From positions 237,901,741 through 237,965,740 of the forward strand of contig CM041465.1 of assembly GCA_023213395.1 (NCBI GenBank): a stretch of 64,000 nt of DNA, written 5' to 3'. Under the pieces are notes generated by a model. The model had not been told where the DNA came from and searched no databases. It saw nothing but the letters and a program-made list of their open reading frames with translations. A program made the position numbers and the translations under genes. Source of the DNA: Cycas panzhihuaensis (Eukaryota > Plantae > Cycadophyta). Shown one piece after another: positions 40,501-55,943 of the stretch (position 1 is the stretch's first letter; each line of letters starts with the position of its first letter).

Positions 40501-43202
40501 TATTACACTTCATTTATGCACATACTTAATCTTTTATGTCTTCATTACCTTATCTTTACTTCACCTCATATTTATAAATAGGATATTGAGCTTAGTTATA
40601 TTTCTAATATTTGCTATTAGAATTCATAATTTATTTTTCCAACATTTCTCTCTTTCATTTGGAATCACATTCATATCTAGATTATAGACATTCTAATGAG
40701 GACAATCTAAAAAAATTATGAAGAATTTTATTAGTAATAAATTATTTGTTACTATGGTATGTTTAGATAAAAATATATAAGTACAATTTCACTTTAGCTA
40801 AAAATTAATTTTCTATAAGAGTCTTCCTTTGTTTAAAAATTGAGATGAGAATTAAGTAGCTACTATAATAGTCCATGGCAATTTGCTATTTATTATTTGA
40901 TATATAGAGGGAGAGAAGTCATTCTTAGTGTGACATTAACACCTTCAAATACTTTTAAATAAGACATATTTATGGTGTTTATTTATCTTCTTTGTAAATA
41001 TTTATTCTTTAATAAAATATGACTATTATGTCCCTTAGGTTCACTTTAATTATTCTAATTTACTTATGCTTGATATTTCTTTTATGTAGTCAATGAATAT
41101 TTACATTTCATATAAATAAGCTACTAGAATTAACCCTAATGTAGAATAAAAGGAACTTGCTTTTATATGCTTATATCTCTTTGTTTTGTACCTACAAAAC
41201 CCTTAAACTTAGAAGTAAGATATGCCAAAAGCATGGCACCTTGAGATACTCAAATAAATTCCTATAGACTAATGGGGACTAAGGTTAGTTATCCTATTCC
41301 TTATTTACCCATCTAAGATTTTTGTTAGTTACATTGATCAAGCCCTTAAATATTTATTTTTATACTTATTATTTATGATTAAGTCTAGCCACACTTACCA
41401 TATTATAATCACTACTAATAATTATGAACTTTGATTTTATAACAAATTTCTATAAGCTAGTTCTTAATGACTTTACTTGCTTAGACTATTGAATGAATTA
41501 GATTCATTTTTATTAATAAAAAAGGAGGATGTCTGGTTCATTTTAATAAGAGATTTATTTTAGTCATTTTCTTGATTTCTTTTGAAGAATTAAAATAAAG
41601 ATATATTTGTTCAACTTAATCTTTATTTAAAAGAAGATAAAAGGAATAGTAAGTTTATAATAGTTTCCTAGTACTAGGTAAAATTACTATGATAGCCTAA
41701 TAATCATCTATTTTTTGGGTGAAATGTTAGTTATATATGGTTAAGTCACACTTAATGTATCATATCAATTAATGATAATTATAAAAAATTGAATAAGCAT
41801 AAGAATAATAATAACTATGTTAATAAACCAAAAAAGGGTCAATAAGAAATGGAAGAGTGCTACAAATTAAAGTTATTATTAGAGTTAAAAACAATGAAGA
41901 TAATTAACTAGACAATTATTATGGTATGGTAGGGACAATAGATGTTATTATGACCATGGACTAAACTTAGAGACATGGATTAAAGAAATTAAGCCTATAA
42001 AGAGGCAAGTTTTATGTGTTTTATTAAATCATATGGGGAAATCTCTCTCTCTCTCTCTCTTGATATATATATATAGATAGATAGATAAATAGACACTTAA
42101 GAAGTAGCAATGTCATATCAATTTACATATAAAGGATAAGATATCAAATTAGTACCATATGTATATGGGTTATGATTAAATTAGCATGTTGATATATTAT
42201 TGTTGTAATATATGTGAATAAAGGAGTTGTTGACACATAATATATTTATAGAGATGGTTCTTATCCTTATGGCATTAAATAGTTGTGTTAGAGAAAGAGG
42301 ATATAAAATGATATTCACCTTTATAGTATTAAATAATTTATATTTTAATTTTGTACTAATGCCAAAGGTTCATCTTAGCATACTATTCTATGGAATTCCT
42401 CCAAACTATTCTATATAATCATGTATTATACTATATACTTGGAGATGATATTTATGGTTGTCATAAGTATGTGCTATTATGATCAATACTACATATCTAA
42501 AAATAAGACACATTCAATTATAGGCCCCAATACATTAACTTTAATAGAATAAAAAAGAATACTATGTAATATAATACTATTTAATTTTTAATTCCATAAG
42601 TATTAAGAATAATTATATAAGAGTCAATTTATGTAGTATTTATTTTGCATCTTTTGGGAATGAGATTGGATACATAGGCAAACAAGTAAGTATAGGTATG
42701 CACTTCAACCCTTGTTACTCCTTATTGGTTTATATTTAAGTTTATATGGTTGATATATTCTTATTTGCTTGCTTGTCTATTTATCTGTGCTTCTCTTTTT
42801 TGTCGATGATGAGCAGAACCTTGGTCCATGGCTATTTAGTCCACCCATCAGTCTCCCTATGTTGGAAATGGTGCTTCTCCTTTTACTTGTAACTTGTTTC
42901 CTTGTCATTTTTTTTACCTTATTTTTTCCCATTGGGCCATATTTTTACCTCTCTACCACTTGATGTTAATTATTACTACCTCCAAGACTTGCAATCTGTG
43001 AGTTTATCATAATTGCATGATGAAATTAATGAGAAAAATAGATTTTGTTGCTTACCACTCTGATTGTTACTTATAACATTGCTACCACAAACTACTTTAC
43101 AATACTGCAAACATATTCATGGTATCATAAATATATTTATGGTATAATTATTGCTAACCTAAATTCAAGATTTATCATGATAGTTAACCCATTAATGCTA
43201 AT

Positions 43203-44203
43203 TGTTAGGCTTGGGTAGGTCGCATCAGCCCCAAGTCAACTCATGTTAGTGTTAAGAGGCCCAACATGCCTAAATCCTCTCAATTTTTACTTCTTCTAAG
43301 AAAATCCCTCAAACCATGAGTAACACTTATGGCTTTTAGTTGATGGTTTTCCCCATATTATGGGTAGAAAACCACCAACCCTCTACCCTAATTTTATCTA
43401 TAAAATCCTCTCATTTTTTTAAAAGAGAGGAGGAGATATTTTTGATAGTAATACCATGTCGTTATTCTACCAAATTTTCTATAGAAATTTGGTACTTAAT
43501 GCATGTTGCTAGAATCTATTGAAAGATTAGAAGCATAGATTGTTAGATAATGTGACAACAATGTTTTGGAGGCTAAAAGTTTGACAAGTTGGTAGTGCGG
43601 TTGCCCCCCCCCCCCAAACTTCCTCAGGGGGTTCCAATGGAGGCGGGAGCCCCTGTTGGTAGGGGGGTGCAGGGGGCATTGGAATGTCCCCCACAAAGAG
43701 GGGGTTCGAGGGTGATAGCCCCTAACCTAAAAAGCTAACACTGAAAAGCATACTAAATTGTAAAGAGAATCAAGGTCGTTTGCTAAAAATACCCTAGATT
43801 CTATGGTCGAGATTTGTGCCTTGTATGACTCTCTCATATAGCCCAATTTAGGGTGTTGTTTCATTATGTTGATGGTGTTTGATGTATTGGATGTACTATG
43901 AGGACTTGGGTGGCTGGTTATTGTTGTTGTGAGCATTCTACTACAGATTGTGTATATTTCTCCACTTATTGATAATAAAGATCAATACCTTTCTTGCATG
44001 GATGTTTCCCTAGCACACTACTAGGGATTTCCCATGTTATATTGGGTGTATGTGTGATGCTTGGCTTTCTTATTCATTTTATTATATTATCTCTGGTTTA
44101 AGGACTTGCATGTTAAATTTTAGTTTTGATTCATGTAACTAGTTACAAAATAGTTTAGATATTGGTGGTAGTTTCAGGTTATTAAGACCTTGTCTTCTCA
44201 ACA
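43203..44203 (+). repeat. probable solo LTR (~1 kb)
   Basis: TGTT...AACA termini, TATAAAA at ~43399, a GC-rich GGGG/CCCC block and a U5-like GGATGTTTCCC...GGGATTTCCC. The flanks match only 3/5 (CTAAT/CAGAT). Confidence 0.45.
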
Positions 44204-44399
44204 CAGATACCAAGCAATTTAGGAATCCTTGGAAGAGAATAGTTACTACCATTAGCCATATATTCTCTCAAGTAAGGTATGGTTAATCCATTTATAGTTA
44301 CTATGGTTAGTCCCTTCATCTTTTATTTTATACCATTTCCATGCCATGCTTGTATAGGTAAATGGTAGGAGTAGCTAGTAAGCTCCCTTTGGTTTGGTT

Positions 44400-45760
44400 T
44401 CATGATTTTCCCTCATTTATTTAGTATATATTTCCTTATTTCTCCATTCACTTATTTCTTAATTCATTGTTTTGAAAGTTACAAGATTAGGGAGGCTACC
44501 CAAGTACACTTAAGAGCCCTTAATACATTAGGGGATGGTATCCATTCTAAGGCACCTCAACCCAACCTACTCCATTTTTGTCTCATATATTAGGATTTAT
44601 ATTTTTAATGCTTGGAGTATTTATTTTTTATGAGGCATATATGATTGAATCATTTGATTCTCTTATAGACTTGTCCTACTTGTATGCTACTAATGTGCAT
44701 GTAGGAAAAGGGAAGGAGTTTATGAGATTTGCAACCTAGAAATTGCTACTTAAGTAACTTGAAGCAACTTAAACATTAACTGCCACTTCATAGAGGTAAA
44801 GTGTTACTTTATTTTTGTTCTTTCCTTAAATATTTATCTTTGTTACACTCTTTTCTTCATCATAGACCCATTCGACAAGCATAAATGTAGTTAATTTTTC
44901 TTAGAATTTCTCTTGTAGTACAATGTCCCTTATTTGATCTTCTTAAGAGTGATCTTGGTGCTTTAAAGAGAGGATTTATGCTACTATGACTATTATCCCA
45001 CTAGGTATGCCCTTGAAATTTAAGATATTACTTGAATTTCTTTTAAACAAAAAATAAAGAGAAAAGGAAAGCATGTAGAGTTACTTTGTTTCTCTCTTCC
45101 CTTCAAAAAGAAAAAGGGGGAAAAAAAACCAATATAAAGAAAAAGGAAAAAGACATTATAGTTTGCATCCCTATCTCTTTTTTTCCCTTTTTTTCTCTCT
45201 TCCTCTTTATTAACAAAAAACAAAGAGAACAATAGAAAAGAGATTAGGCTTGCATCCTTACCCCTCTTCCTCACCCCCCCCCCACCCCCCCAAAAAAAAA
45301 AAAGAGAAGGTAGTTATGTTCTTTTTTTGCCTTCTTTTTCAATTTGTACATGTATTGCATTACAAAGGCAAGGAGTTGAATCGAATGTTTTTCTTGCCTT
45401 ATTATGAACCCAAGGTGTAAGGAGGCATCATGTTGTCACAAGTCCTAAATATGCAAGGGAAAATACCATAAGAGTTAGCATTAGTGAACCAATTATATTA
45501 ATGTAAAGGAAAGATTCATTAAGTTTACATTAGGTCTTGTGATTTTGGCAACACCACTATAAACTAACCCCCACATGCATGAATCTCACTTATCCTACAC
45601 TTAGATTAGTCTCTTAGGTAGGAAACACTGACTCCCTTACTCTCGCACTCAAGAAGCACACAAACACTCAAAGTTGATGTCATTAGATTTGCTTACACAC
45701 ATGGAGATCCCACACCCTAGGTCTCATGTTATAGTCTTGAGGTATAGCTATCTAATAGCC
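44400..45760 (+). repeat. partial LTR-like repeat related to 27850-28965
   Basis: Local alignment around ACATGTATTGCAT...CAAGTC.TAAAT; boundaries approximate. Confidence 0.45.
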
Positions 45761-46893
45761 CTATCCTTTTAGCGCATTTTAGTATTTATTTTTTTCATGA
45801 GTCCTTTTCTTTTCTTATTAAAATAAATGCTCCTATGAATTAAAAATATTATAAATAATTTATGATAAAATAAATAAGGGAGAGAGCATCATCTCCTCTA
45901 TTCTCATGGATAATATAAACACAAAAACCCATAAAGAATATATAAAAGTACATAATTATTATATCATTATATAGACCAAATTATGCTAAATTTGTTTCTA
46001 GTTATTATTGGCTTGAAGAGAATCTACATAATACCCCTATCATCACCTCTCTTATTCAGTGGATCTTCCTTTACTTTCCAACTCTTACAATCAAATGGTT
46101 CAAAGTTTATAAGGGCATTAACCTACATTCTCTTCTATTCTTTAATGTTTAACTACCCTGGTTGAGTTACATCTAAGATATTAATATTAATCTTTATAAA
46201 GGTGGAGATGTCCACTTCATTATATGGGGTAGCTATTTCTTGAATTGCATCATCCTTTAGACTTGTGTCATTATTTCTCCCCTACCAGTATAAGATCCCC
46301 TCCTCTAAATGGACTCTTGACATACTATAAGAAGTTGAGCTCCAAGATCTACTTATATCTTTTACATTCACATAGTTATCTATAATGCATAAATATACAA
46401 CATAAATAAATCCATTTCATTAATAAACATAACCTTTGGATCTTTATTTTTAAATAAAACAACATTTCTAAAAATTCAATATAGTATAAAATCTCAATTT
46501 GGAGAATATCCATGCTTGCAAAAAATGTAAGAAAATATCACATTGTCCAAAAGTAGGGTTGCATTCCATCCAATGCTATTAGACAACTCTAGTTATACAA
46601 ATCATCATAGTTAATTCCATAATGTCTTAGCAAGTGGGAATCATTAAAAAAAGTGAAATAATGTTTTTGATTAGGCATAGAATATAAATATGATGTCAAT
46701 TTAACCAATTTTAACTAACCTATATTTAATCACAAGGCCATTATAGTAAATTAATCATTCAAAGAATGCTTTTTTGGGTTTGACTAGGGCCTACTACAAC
46801 CTTTGAAACCTCCTTAATGATAATTGCCTATCGTATTTAATATTCCAAATCTTATTTAGCCTATGAGCTATTTACTCACCTTAATCAAGTAGC

Positions 46894-46896
<3 letters not shown>

Positions 46897-46984
<88 letters not shown>
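46897..46984. repeat. (TC)n(TA)n microsatellite
   Basis: Direct inspection. Confidence 0.97.
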
Positions 46985-46986
<2 letters not shown>

Positions 46987-46989
46987 AAA

Positions 46990-49900
46990 TTAATAAATTA
47001 TTAGACCGATACTAATCCTAATCTTTCCACCATTTTAGGTAACTCATCATGGCTAGGTTAGGAATTAACATGGCCAAGTAATAGTTTTAAATCTCTTCAA
47101 TTACAAATATATCAAATAATTTAAGGTTTAGTTTTTATTTAACCATATTTTAAGGCTTACACCAACCTCTAATCTTATCAAATAACTAATTCATATATTC
47201 TAACCTTTTTTTGGTTTTGATCTATTAGCCTTAAATGATAGGACTTGACCTAAATAATATTATAATGATTATAAGATACAACTACATATAATGAGTAATA
47301 AATGATAAGGCTTTTCATGGATTATCCACCTAAAAGTTTAATAAATCTTTACACTCCTCCCATGCCCTCTAAATAGATTTAAAGATATGATAGCCTACCA
47401 TTTTAATTATAGTTAGAGAAATTAAGGCAATGCATATAGTTAGAGAGAAGCCACTAAGTTAATAAGTTTTAATTTAGGCCACATTGTTTCTAACTAAGAT
47501 CTTCCAAACCTCTTCCCCCTAAATAACCCTAATAAGCCACTTAACATCTTTATAATTTAACATCAATAAGATAATATCCTCCATTATCTTTCCCACTACA
47601 AAATATCTACTAGTTAATAAGGCTAAAGTAGTTTTTACCTTCTCTAAGAGACCATAAGAAGGTTATGAGAAATCTTACTAACTTCTCATATGTAGAATTA
47701 GATGGATATTAATATGAGGAATAATAGATATGGATTATGATAATGACCTTGGAATAAAATTGATACCTACTACCTAATGCAATCCATTTTAATGACTAGT
47801 AGGTAAGTTTTTTTTATAACTTGTTAACCACAAATTCCCATATGTTAGATAAGGAAATGCCAAAGTTAAATAGAATGCTTAGAAATCTAAATACCTTCCC
47901 TAGATTAATCTAAGATGAATCAAAATCACTCAACTAATTGTTCACGTTTTTTAGAGAATAAAGATAGTATTTTATCTTACTATATAAAATTTTGGAGCTA
48001 AATTAAAGAAAAATGGTTTGAATTACATTAAAAGCCTACTTAATTTATTCTAACATAGCCTCAATTATAATAAATAAGCCATTTGCAAACTATCCATTAA
48101 ATGTTTATTTATGAATGTCCTACATAGAGTAATTCATCTAAAGTAGCCCTATTTAACTTGATCTTGTAACAAATATCCTAATGCATATGTTGCAAGCATA
48201 AATAATGAAGAATCTAGTAGGCAACATTATTAAATAGAGCACTCCAAATGCACTAAGTTATTAGATGGACCATTAAGGGATATATATGTAAAGACTTCTT
48301 TAGACAAAATTTGCACCATTCTTATAAACCTTTTCCAAAACCTAGAGCCTCTAATATTCTAAAGATAAAGGGCCACTCCACATGGCTACCAACTTTTCCA
48401 AAGTCTAATTTCATCAAAATGATATTCTAGCATGAAATTTTTACCTATCCCATACCTTCCTACATAGTTATGATATTATCTAAAATGCACTAGCATTTAA
48501 TAAAACCTTTATCTTTTGGCCTTATGACTTCAAGAAAAATATATTTAATACTTTTGGCTAAGGCTTTAGCTAAAATTTTATAAGAGACATTTAGGAAAGT
48601 AATTAGCTTATATCTTATAATTAGTTTTGGGCTCATGCCCCTTTAGAATGAGTTTAATATAACCATGCTTTATTTTACTACCTAATAATCATATCTCTAC
48701 TACTTCCTTATAAAACCAGAGAAGTATTAGAATAGTGTAACTCTAAGTGATCTTATAGAATTTGTGTGAGAATCTGTCAAGTCCTAAGCCATTCTCATTT
48801 TATATCTCATCTAATGCCACTATAATCTCTTTCAATTTAATTGGTGCATCACACATATCCCCTTAAGTATAACTAATTTTACTAGGAAATGCCATAAGGA
48901 ATCTATCAAGGGTATCGTCTAATTCTAATTATGGGGATTAAACCTTAAAGACCCTCTCATAATAGGATAAGAATTTGTTAACTATCTAATCTTAGGGAAT
49001 AGTCCTCCCTCTTGATGTTTTCAAGCTTTTAGTATCTTTTATTATATGCTTTTTCCTTAATACATGAAAGAAAAAAGAATTAAACATCTATAACTTTCTT
49101 TTATGTAGTGGACCCTTGCCCTCATATGCATATACTTACTCTTTCAAATCATTGCAACCTTAATCTCATGTAATATTTGAGCTATCTACTTCTAAAGGGA
49201 TTAAATAAATAGATTAGTTTCAAGCTTAAGCCTAATGGTTACTAACCTTTGGCTATTAGCATTCTTAGCTCTTCTCCTAATAAACGTAACTTGCTTACCA
49301 CATCCTTTAAGAAAAAGTGTTATCATGTTGATGCCCTCTTTATACCAAATAATCCATTTCTTTTATCCTTATGAAATAGAACTAGATGTCATACCTACTT
49401 TATACTATACAAATAAATAGAAAAATATAAATGAGAGGTGTTGAATTTAAAGGAAGACCTCTAGATGGGAGATTTTTACTTCCCCAAAAAGAAGACAAAA
49501 TTTACAAGGTAATAAACTAACAACATTATCTCAGCCCAAACATGAACTAATTTCCTATTCCTATGAATAACCTAGAAATAGTTGTCATTAGATATCATAA
49601 TATAGTCTCATCTTTCTCAAATCCTATCATGCTTTTCTTGTAGATTGATCCATGTGAATTATGCATTATAGCCCTTAAACTTCTTAGTGGTATTGGAATT
49701 ATATAATAATACCTTAATTTTCAAGGTCAACTAAGTAAGCTTCTCCTCATGGTTTTATTTAAAAGGATTCTCATAAATTTTATCAAAGGAAGATTTAATC
49801 ATATTAAAATATCTATCTATTATATACAAGGCTTTTGGTAAGTTGCATTGACTTAATCCCACAACTTTCACCTCTTAGTTATGCGATTAAGGGCAAAAAT

Positions 49901-50134
49901 ATTAACAACTTCTTGAATTGAACATTATATTTGGAGAAGAACCCAAACACACATGTTCCTTAGGTCCACCCTAGAAGATATAATCTTATCACTAAGTAAG
50001 GGACTAACTAATATTATAGAAAACCCCCCTTCCTCTCACTACATGTGGCATTAAACTAGATATATGTTGGTATTATAGATAAATTATATAATAAAAAAGA
50101 ACACAATAATTTTTAAGTAGAATTAGTATACCCC
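46990..50134 (-). mobile_element. decayed L1-type LINE ORF2 (AP endonuclease and reverse transcriptase)
   Basis: Minus strand: VNIFALN (NIYAPN-like, ~49900), FTWIN (~49650), LITFLNVSYKILAKALAK (~48555-48610), KLDFGK...VEW (~48380-48412), QFANG (FADD-like, ~48085). Ends approximate. Confidence 0.82.
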
Positions 50135-51248
50135 TGATATATTTCATTCATTACTCTTCTAATCGTAGTATATTAACATTACATTATAAATATAATTAAT
50201 CATGTAATGACTAATGAGTGGTTGATTGCATACATGTAACTTACATTAGAGGTGACTCCCCTTAATCAACTCACTAATTAATAAATTACATAATGAATAT
50301 AAAATAAATATTCTATTAATAATATTCTAACACTCCCCTTTAATATTTGCATCATTAATCCTAACACCTAACCCATCCCTAAAGTTTTAGAATTTATCCC
50401 ACGTTAGAGGTTTAGTGAGGATGTTTACTAATTGTTCTTATGTAGGCCTATAAATGAGATGGATATTACCATTTTAGATTAGTTCCTTTATGGAATGATG
50501 ATGTACTTTGATATGCTTGGTGTGTATATGAAATAATAGATTTATGGTTAGCTTTAGTGTACTATGATCATTATAGTATAATATTGTTGCATCCTCCTAA
50601 TGTAGACCTATATCACTTATAATTTTAAGGTTACTATAATTGTATCCTTGACTCATCTTTAATTAAGAAAGTATAATGTTTACTTTCTTCTTGCTACTTT
50701 ATGTTATATATGTTAAACTTAAACTGAAATAGTAGCCAAATATAAACCTTTTATTATTCATGCATCCTACCTAATCTAAATCTTATAGTTGATAAGCTCA
50801 AAGTTTTTGTAATGAATAAACTCCAATCTATACTATAATATCTACAAAAGTATCTAAAAAATCATTTTAGAGGGTAACTGGTGACTCTATTATGATATCA
50901 ACATGAATCTAAAAATGATGTCAATAGTGAATGAAATATCTAATCTAGTTGTAGTTTGATAAATAAGACTACTAACTAACTTTCTAAGCAAAGTGTAATC
51001 TATTAATTTGTCATTATTATTATAAGTCATGAGATTTTCTCCCATATTCATGAGGACTAATGCAAGCTTATTGTCTTACATTCTAAATTTCTTTAAAATC
51101 TCTCAAATAAATTTAGCTTATGAAATAAAGACTTTTCTAAGCCTTTGTTAAACTTTTATTCCAAGGAAGTATTAAAGTATGCTAAGATATATCATCTCAA
51201 AATGCTTCATCAAAACTTACTTTAAAATAGATCATTACTAGTAATTAG
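50135..51248 (-). mobile_element. old Ty1/copia element: 3' LTR (~50135-50332), PPT, RNase H, RT C-terminal half
   Basis: PPT AAGGGGAG then TGTTAG on the minus strand at 50332. QLVNILTKPL and TKHIKVHHH RNase H motifs. The RT frame continues at 58896-58974. Confidence 0.8.
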
Positions 51249-51660
51249 TGTGAGAAAAGAGTCACATATACAGTGTTAACAGGATCTATATATGCAAGAA
51301 ATAACAAGAAATAACACTGCACAGGTACACATTAATTGACAAGTGGAAAACCCCTTTCGGGGAAGAAAAACCACCTCCTAAATCTAATTTATTAATAAAG
51401 AATAAACACCATGCTACAAAACCACCATCAACTAAAACCAGCCTTTAAATAGGCATTTAGACAACCCTCCTAGATTCTTGGAACGATCTCCATGAATCTA
51501 GGAGATGATCGTTGGAATGCAGTTCCACATTTTAATGACCTTCCATAAATTAATAAAATAAACCTAAGTTTAAACATTATAATCACTTAAATTACATATT
51601 AAACATGTGACTAAATAATGACATAAAAGAAACATAAAGTTTACATTATGTCATCTAATA
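51249..51660 (-). repeat. 3' LTR (412 bp)
   Basis: Direct repeat of 58477-58895. Manual alignment gives ~25 substitutions (mostly transitions) plus 10- and 17-bp indels. PPT TAAAGGGGGA adjacent at 51661-51670. Confidence 0.96.
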
Positions 51661-51739
51661 TCCCCCTTTAATATAAACTTTTATACTGGAGAGAAAAAAA
51701 GAGCTTCATCACGGTGATCCCCCTTTGATGGAGACTTCT

Positions 51740-54700
51740 TTTATCTACAACAAATCTCTAAGATTTAAAAACTTTGCTTCAGTTAAAGACTTCGTAAAAA
51801 TGTCGCTAATCAGAATCATGGACAATAAGACAAAGAAACAAGATTATCAGTAACTAAATTACGAATAAAATGCTGATGTAATTCAATATGCTTAGTCCTA
51901 AAATAAGAAACTAGATTTGTTTCTATAGTAATTGCACCTTGATTATCAACTTTAATTTTAATGGAAGAGTTTAGAGACAAACCAATTTTATTTAGTAAAT
52001 ATTTTAGCTAAAGTGCTTCTTTACCAGCTTCAACAAGTGCACGATATTCCACTTCAGTTGTGGATAAAGCAAGTGCCTACATTTTCTTACTGGACCAAGT
52101 AATAGGTGAGGAATCTATAAAAAATACATAACCTGAAGTAGATTTATGATCAGTTATATCACCTACCCAATCAATATCAGTATATCTAATTAACGTTAGT
52201 GGTTTATTACAAAAATTATAAGTTAGACCATAAAACATAGTATACTTTAGATATCATAAGATACGTTTAGTGGCTTTCCAATGAGATTCATATGGTTGTT
52301 GCATATAATGAGAACATAAAGCAACAGCATAAGAAATGTTAGGGTGGGTGTGAGTTAGATAAATAAGACTACCAATTAGTTGTCTAGATAGTGTAGGGTC
52401 ACAAAGAGGTGATGAACAATCAGTAGATAGCTTAACTTCTGCTTATAATGGATTAGATACAGGTTTAGCATTTTCCATGTTAAACCACTGAATTAAACCT
52501 AGAATATACTTAGGTTAAGATATTGTTGAATTTGAATGATTTTGATAAACTTGTAAACCAAGGAAGTAATGTAATAGACCTAAATCGGTCATTTCAAATT
52601 TGTTCATTAAAGTATATTTTAGATGATGAATATTATGAGTTGATGATCCAGTAATGATAATGTTATTAACATAGAGGATTAAAATAGTAAGATTTTCTTT
52701 TCCATGTTTAAAATAAAGATTTGGATCACTAATACATCTAGTGTATCTAATGTGAATTAAATAATCGTCTACTTTAGTATACCAAGCTTGAGGAGCTTGT
52801 TTTAAACTGTAAATAGATTTTTTAAGTTTGCAAACTAAATTAGGATTTTCAATAAATCCAGGTGGCTGTGACATATAGATCTCTTCTTTGAGATCACCAT
52901 TCAAGAAAGCACTCTTAACATCCATTTGGTGGATTTACCAATTAAACTTGGCTGTAAGAGCAATAATTATCTTGATTGTGTTCATCTTTGCAACAGGGGC
53001 AAAGGTTTCATTATAATCAATGCCATCTATTTGTGAAAATCCTTTTGCAATAAGGTGAGCTTTATATTTTTCAATTGTGCCTGTTGAGCTATATTTAGTC
53101 CTATAGACCCATTTACAGTCGACGACATTTTTCCCAAGTGGGAGAGGAACAAGATCCCAGGTTGAATTTTTAATTAAGGTATCAAATTCAGTCTGCATAG
53201 CATCCTACCATACAGGATTGTTACTAGCTTGTTTAAATGTTTTAGGATCATTATTATCTATTATTTTTGCCATTAAGGTAAAATTAACATGTAGTTTTTA
53301 TGCACGTGTGTATCTGGTATTAGTAGGATTACCTACATCAGATTCAGCATCAGCAAGCATTTTTGTTGCCCAAACAGGTTGCTTATGAGTAACTATATCT
53401 GAAGATGCAGGTTGATTTGATGTACTAGCCTGAAGGGAATGATATGTTTCTATGGGTTCGAATAGAGTCCAATTTTGGACTTGAGTTGATGAAGATTCTA
53501 TAACTTCTGAGTCAACTTGTTTATCAAAAGGGTCAACTAAATAAGTGTTGGTTAACAAATTTTTAACAGGAAGTTCTATATAAGTAGATGTTGAAGAAGA
53601 TCCTTCTTCATCAAATATTATGTCACACAAAATAGAAATTTGATGCGTGACTGGATCTAAGAGTCTATAAGCTTTACTCTCTTTGCTATATCCAACGAAG
53701 ATGTATTTTTGACTTGTTTTGTCTAATTTTTAACGTTTTTCATGAGGGATGTGTCCCCACGCAATATTGTTAAAGATTCATAAATGATTGACAGATGGTT
53801 TTCTTCCAGACTATTTTTGTTCTAGAATAACATTCTGTAAACATTTACTAGGTAAATGATTTAATAAATAGTTAGAGTAGTTAATTACTTCTGCCCATAA
53901 TTTTAAATCTAGATTCTTTGCATGTAACATGCAACGAGTCATCTCAACCAGAGTACGGTTTTTGCATTCAGTAACACCATTTTGTTAAGGTGTATATGCA
54001 ACAAAATGTTGGAACTGAATTCTGTGTGATTTACAGAAAGAAGAAAATTTCCACTTAAATATTCCTTAGCATTATCAGATCAAAATATTTTGATTTTTGA
54101 ATTTGATGGATTTTCAACTAATGTTTTATATTCAACAAAAATGTCAAACACTTAACTACGTGTTTTGAGCATGTAAACCCAATATTTTCTTGAATAATCA
54201 TCTATAAATGTAACTAAATAACGAGAACCTAAGTATGATGTTACATGGAAGGGTCCACATATGTCAAAGTAGATAAGTTTAAGTGGAGTAGTTACTCTGA
54301 ATTGAGTTTTATTTGGAAATGGATCCATGTGTTGTTTGCCTATCACACAAGCTTCACAAACACCATAAATAGTGTTTAAGAGTGGTAGACCATGAACCAT
54401 TTCATGCTTTTTTAAATATTGCAGTTTGCCATAACTTGTATGGCCAAATCATGCATGCCAAAGTTTGTTGACTGAGTCAGATTTGGTAATAAAGGTACTA
54501 AAAGATTTTGTTTTATTATTTTGAAGACTTGTTAGACTATAGAGACCTATATTATGATCAACAGGTCCTGAGGCAATACATCTGAATTTGTTTAATAGTT
54601 CCTTAATGATAAATTTATTTTTCTAGAATTCGACAACAAGGTCTTTCTAATAGATTTGATAGACTAAGAGTAGGTTTGGTAACAAACCAGGTACGTAAAA

Positions 54701-55943
54701 GACATCCTTAATTGAACCATCTTTTAAGATAACGTCACCTGATCCTTTGACTTTAAGTTGATTACCACTTTTGAAAGAAATCTCTTCTTCAAAGTTTGCA
54801 TTAGATTGATAAGTAGTTAAATTTTTCTAGTGTCCAGTCATGTGATGGGACGCACCAGAGTCAAGGATCCACTGTGGTGGTTAATTTAAAGGGGCAATAA
54901 ATGCAGAAGCTGTTGCTGCTAAAGAGCAATTATGAGATTGACGATTTTAGGTTTGTGATTGAGAATGGGATTGAAAATAGTATTGAGGTTTATTTTGCAA
55001 TCCCTTAGAAGCTTTCCATGCTTCTGAAGCTATTCTACTTCTATAGACATCAATAGTATGACCTCTTTATGACAATAGGTATAACTAGTGTTCTGAGAAG
55101 AAGTTGCATTGTTCTTATTATGAAAGAATTGATTGGAAGTATTTTGATGTTTAGTTAGACCAGAATATTTAATATTGTTTTGTGAATTAGACGATGAACC
55201 TCTATAAGGTTTCTGAAACTTTAGATTACTATGAAAATTGTTCTGTTATTTATTTTTAAATTGTGGCTTAGTTTTGGAAAACAAAACCTGTGAAGGATCT
55301 TTTAATGCGCTTGTTTGAATTAACATTGTCTGATGTTCAATCAACTGGTTTGTCAACTGATTAAATGTTATACGTGGGTTGCCAACTTGTTGTCTAGTAA
55401 TTTTGTAGAGATTAAAGTGTTTTAGTAGTTTATTTACTGCAAGACATATGAGTGTGTCGTCGTCTTTAACATGCGTAGTTATTTTTTCAACATCACCTTC
55501 TTTGGTTTTAGATTTGATGCAGTTATCTAGATCTTTATTAATTAATTAAATTTTAGTTTAAAAATCTACAATATTAGAAAAATCATCAAAAGTAAGGTTA
55601 TATAATTGATGTTCTAGGACAGCCACTTGATGTGTATCAACCTTGTCACATTTTTCTTGCAAGGTTTTCCAGACAGTGGCTAAGTCATCTTTTTCAAAAA
55701 ACTGCCAACTGATTTTTGGTAAGAGTGAGTTTAATATGGTGCCTAAGGCGGCATCTGAGTTCATCAGATATACCATAAGACTCTCAGTAGCATCTATTTT
55801 TGGTTTTTAAAATTCACCTGTCATATATCACCATATCTTTTGCTATTTGACCTGATGGGATATGCGATTCCTCCAATCGGCATAGTTTGAGCCAGTTAAT
55901 ACTGGAATTGGAACGTAGGTGATTGTCCCTAGCATTAATACCA
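51740..55943 (-). pseudogene. gag-pol: copia gag-pol with stops and frameshifts
   Basis: LTGSNYADW gag start; zinc knuckle at ~55040-55090; WILDSGASHHMT at 54838-54873; CEACVIGKQH and FIDDYSRK (IN); [10 protein letters not shown] and LYVNNI (RT); TKHIELHQHFIR and DIFTK (RH). Confidence 0.95.

Noticed and set aside
45800-46890. Weak coding-like minus-strand stretch
   Set aside because: No recognisable motif; could not be assigned.
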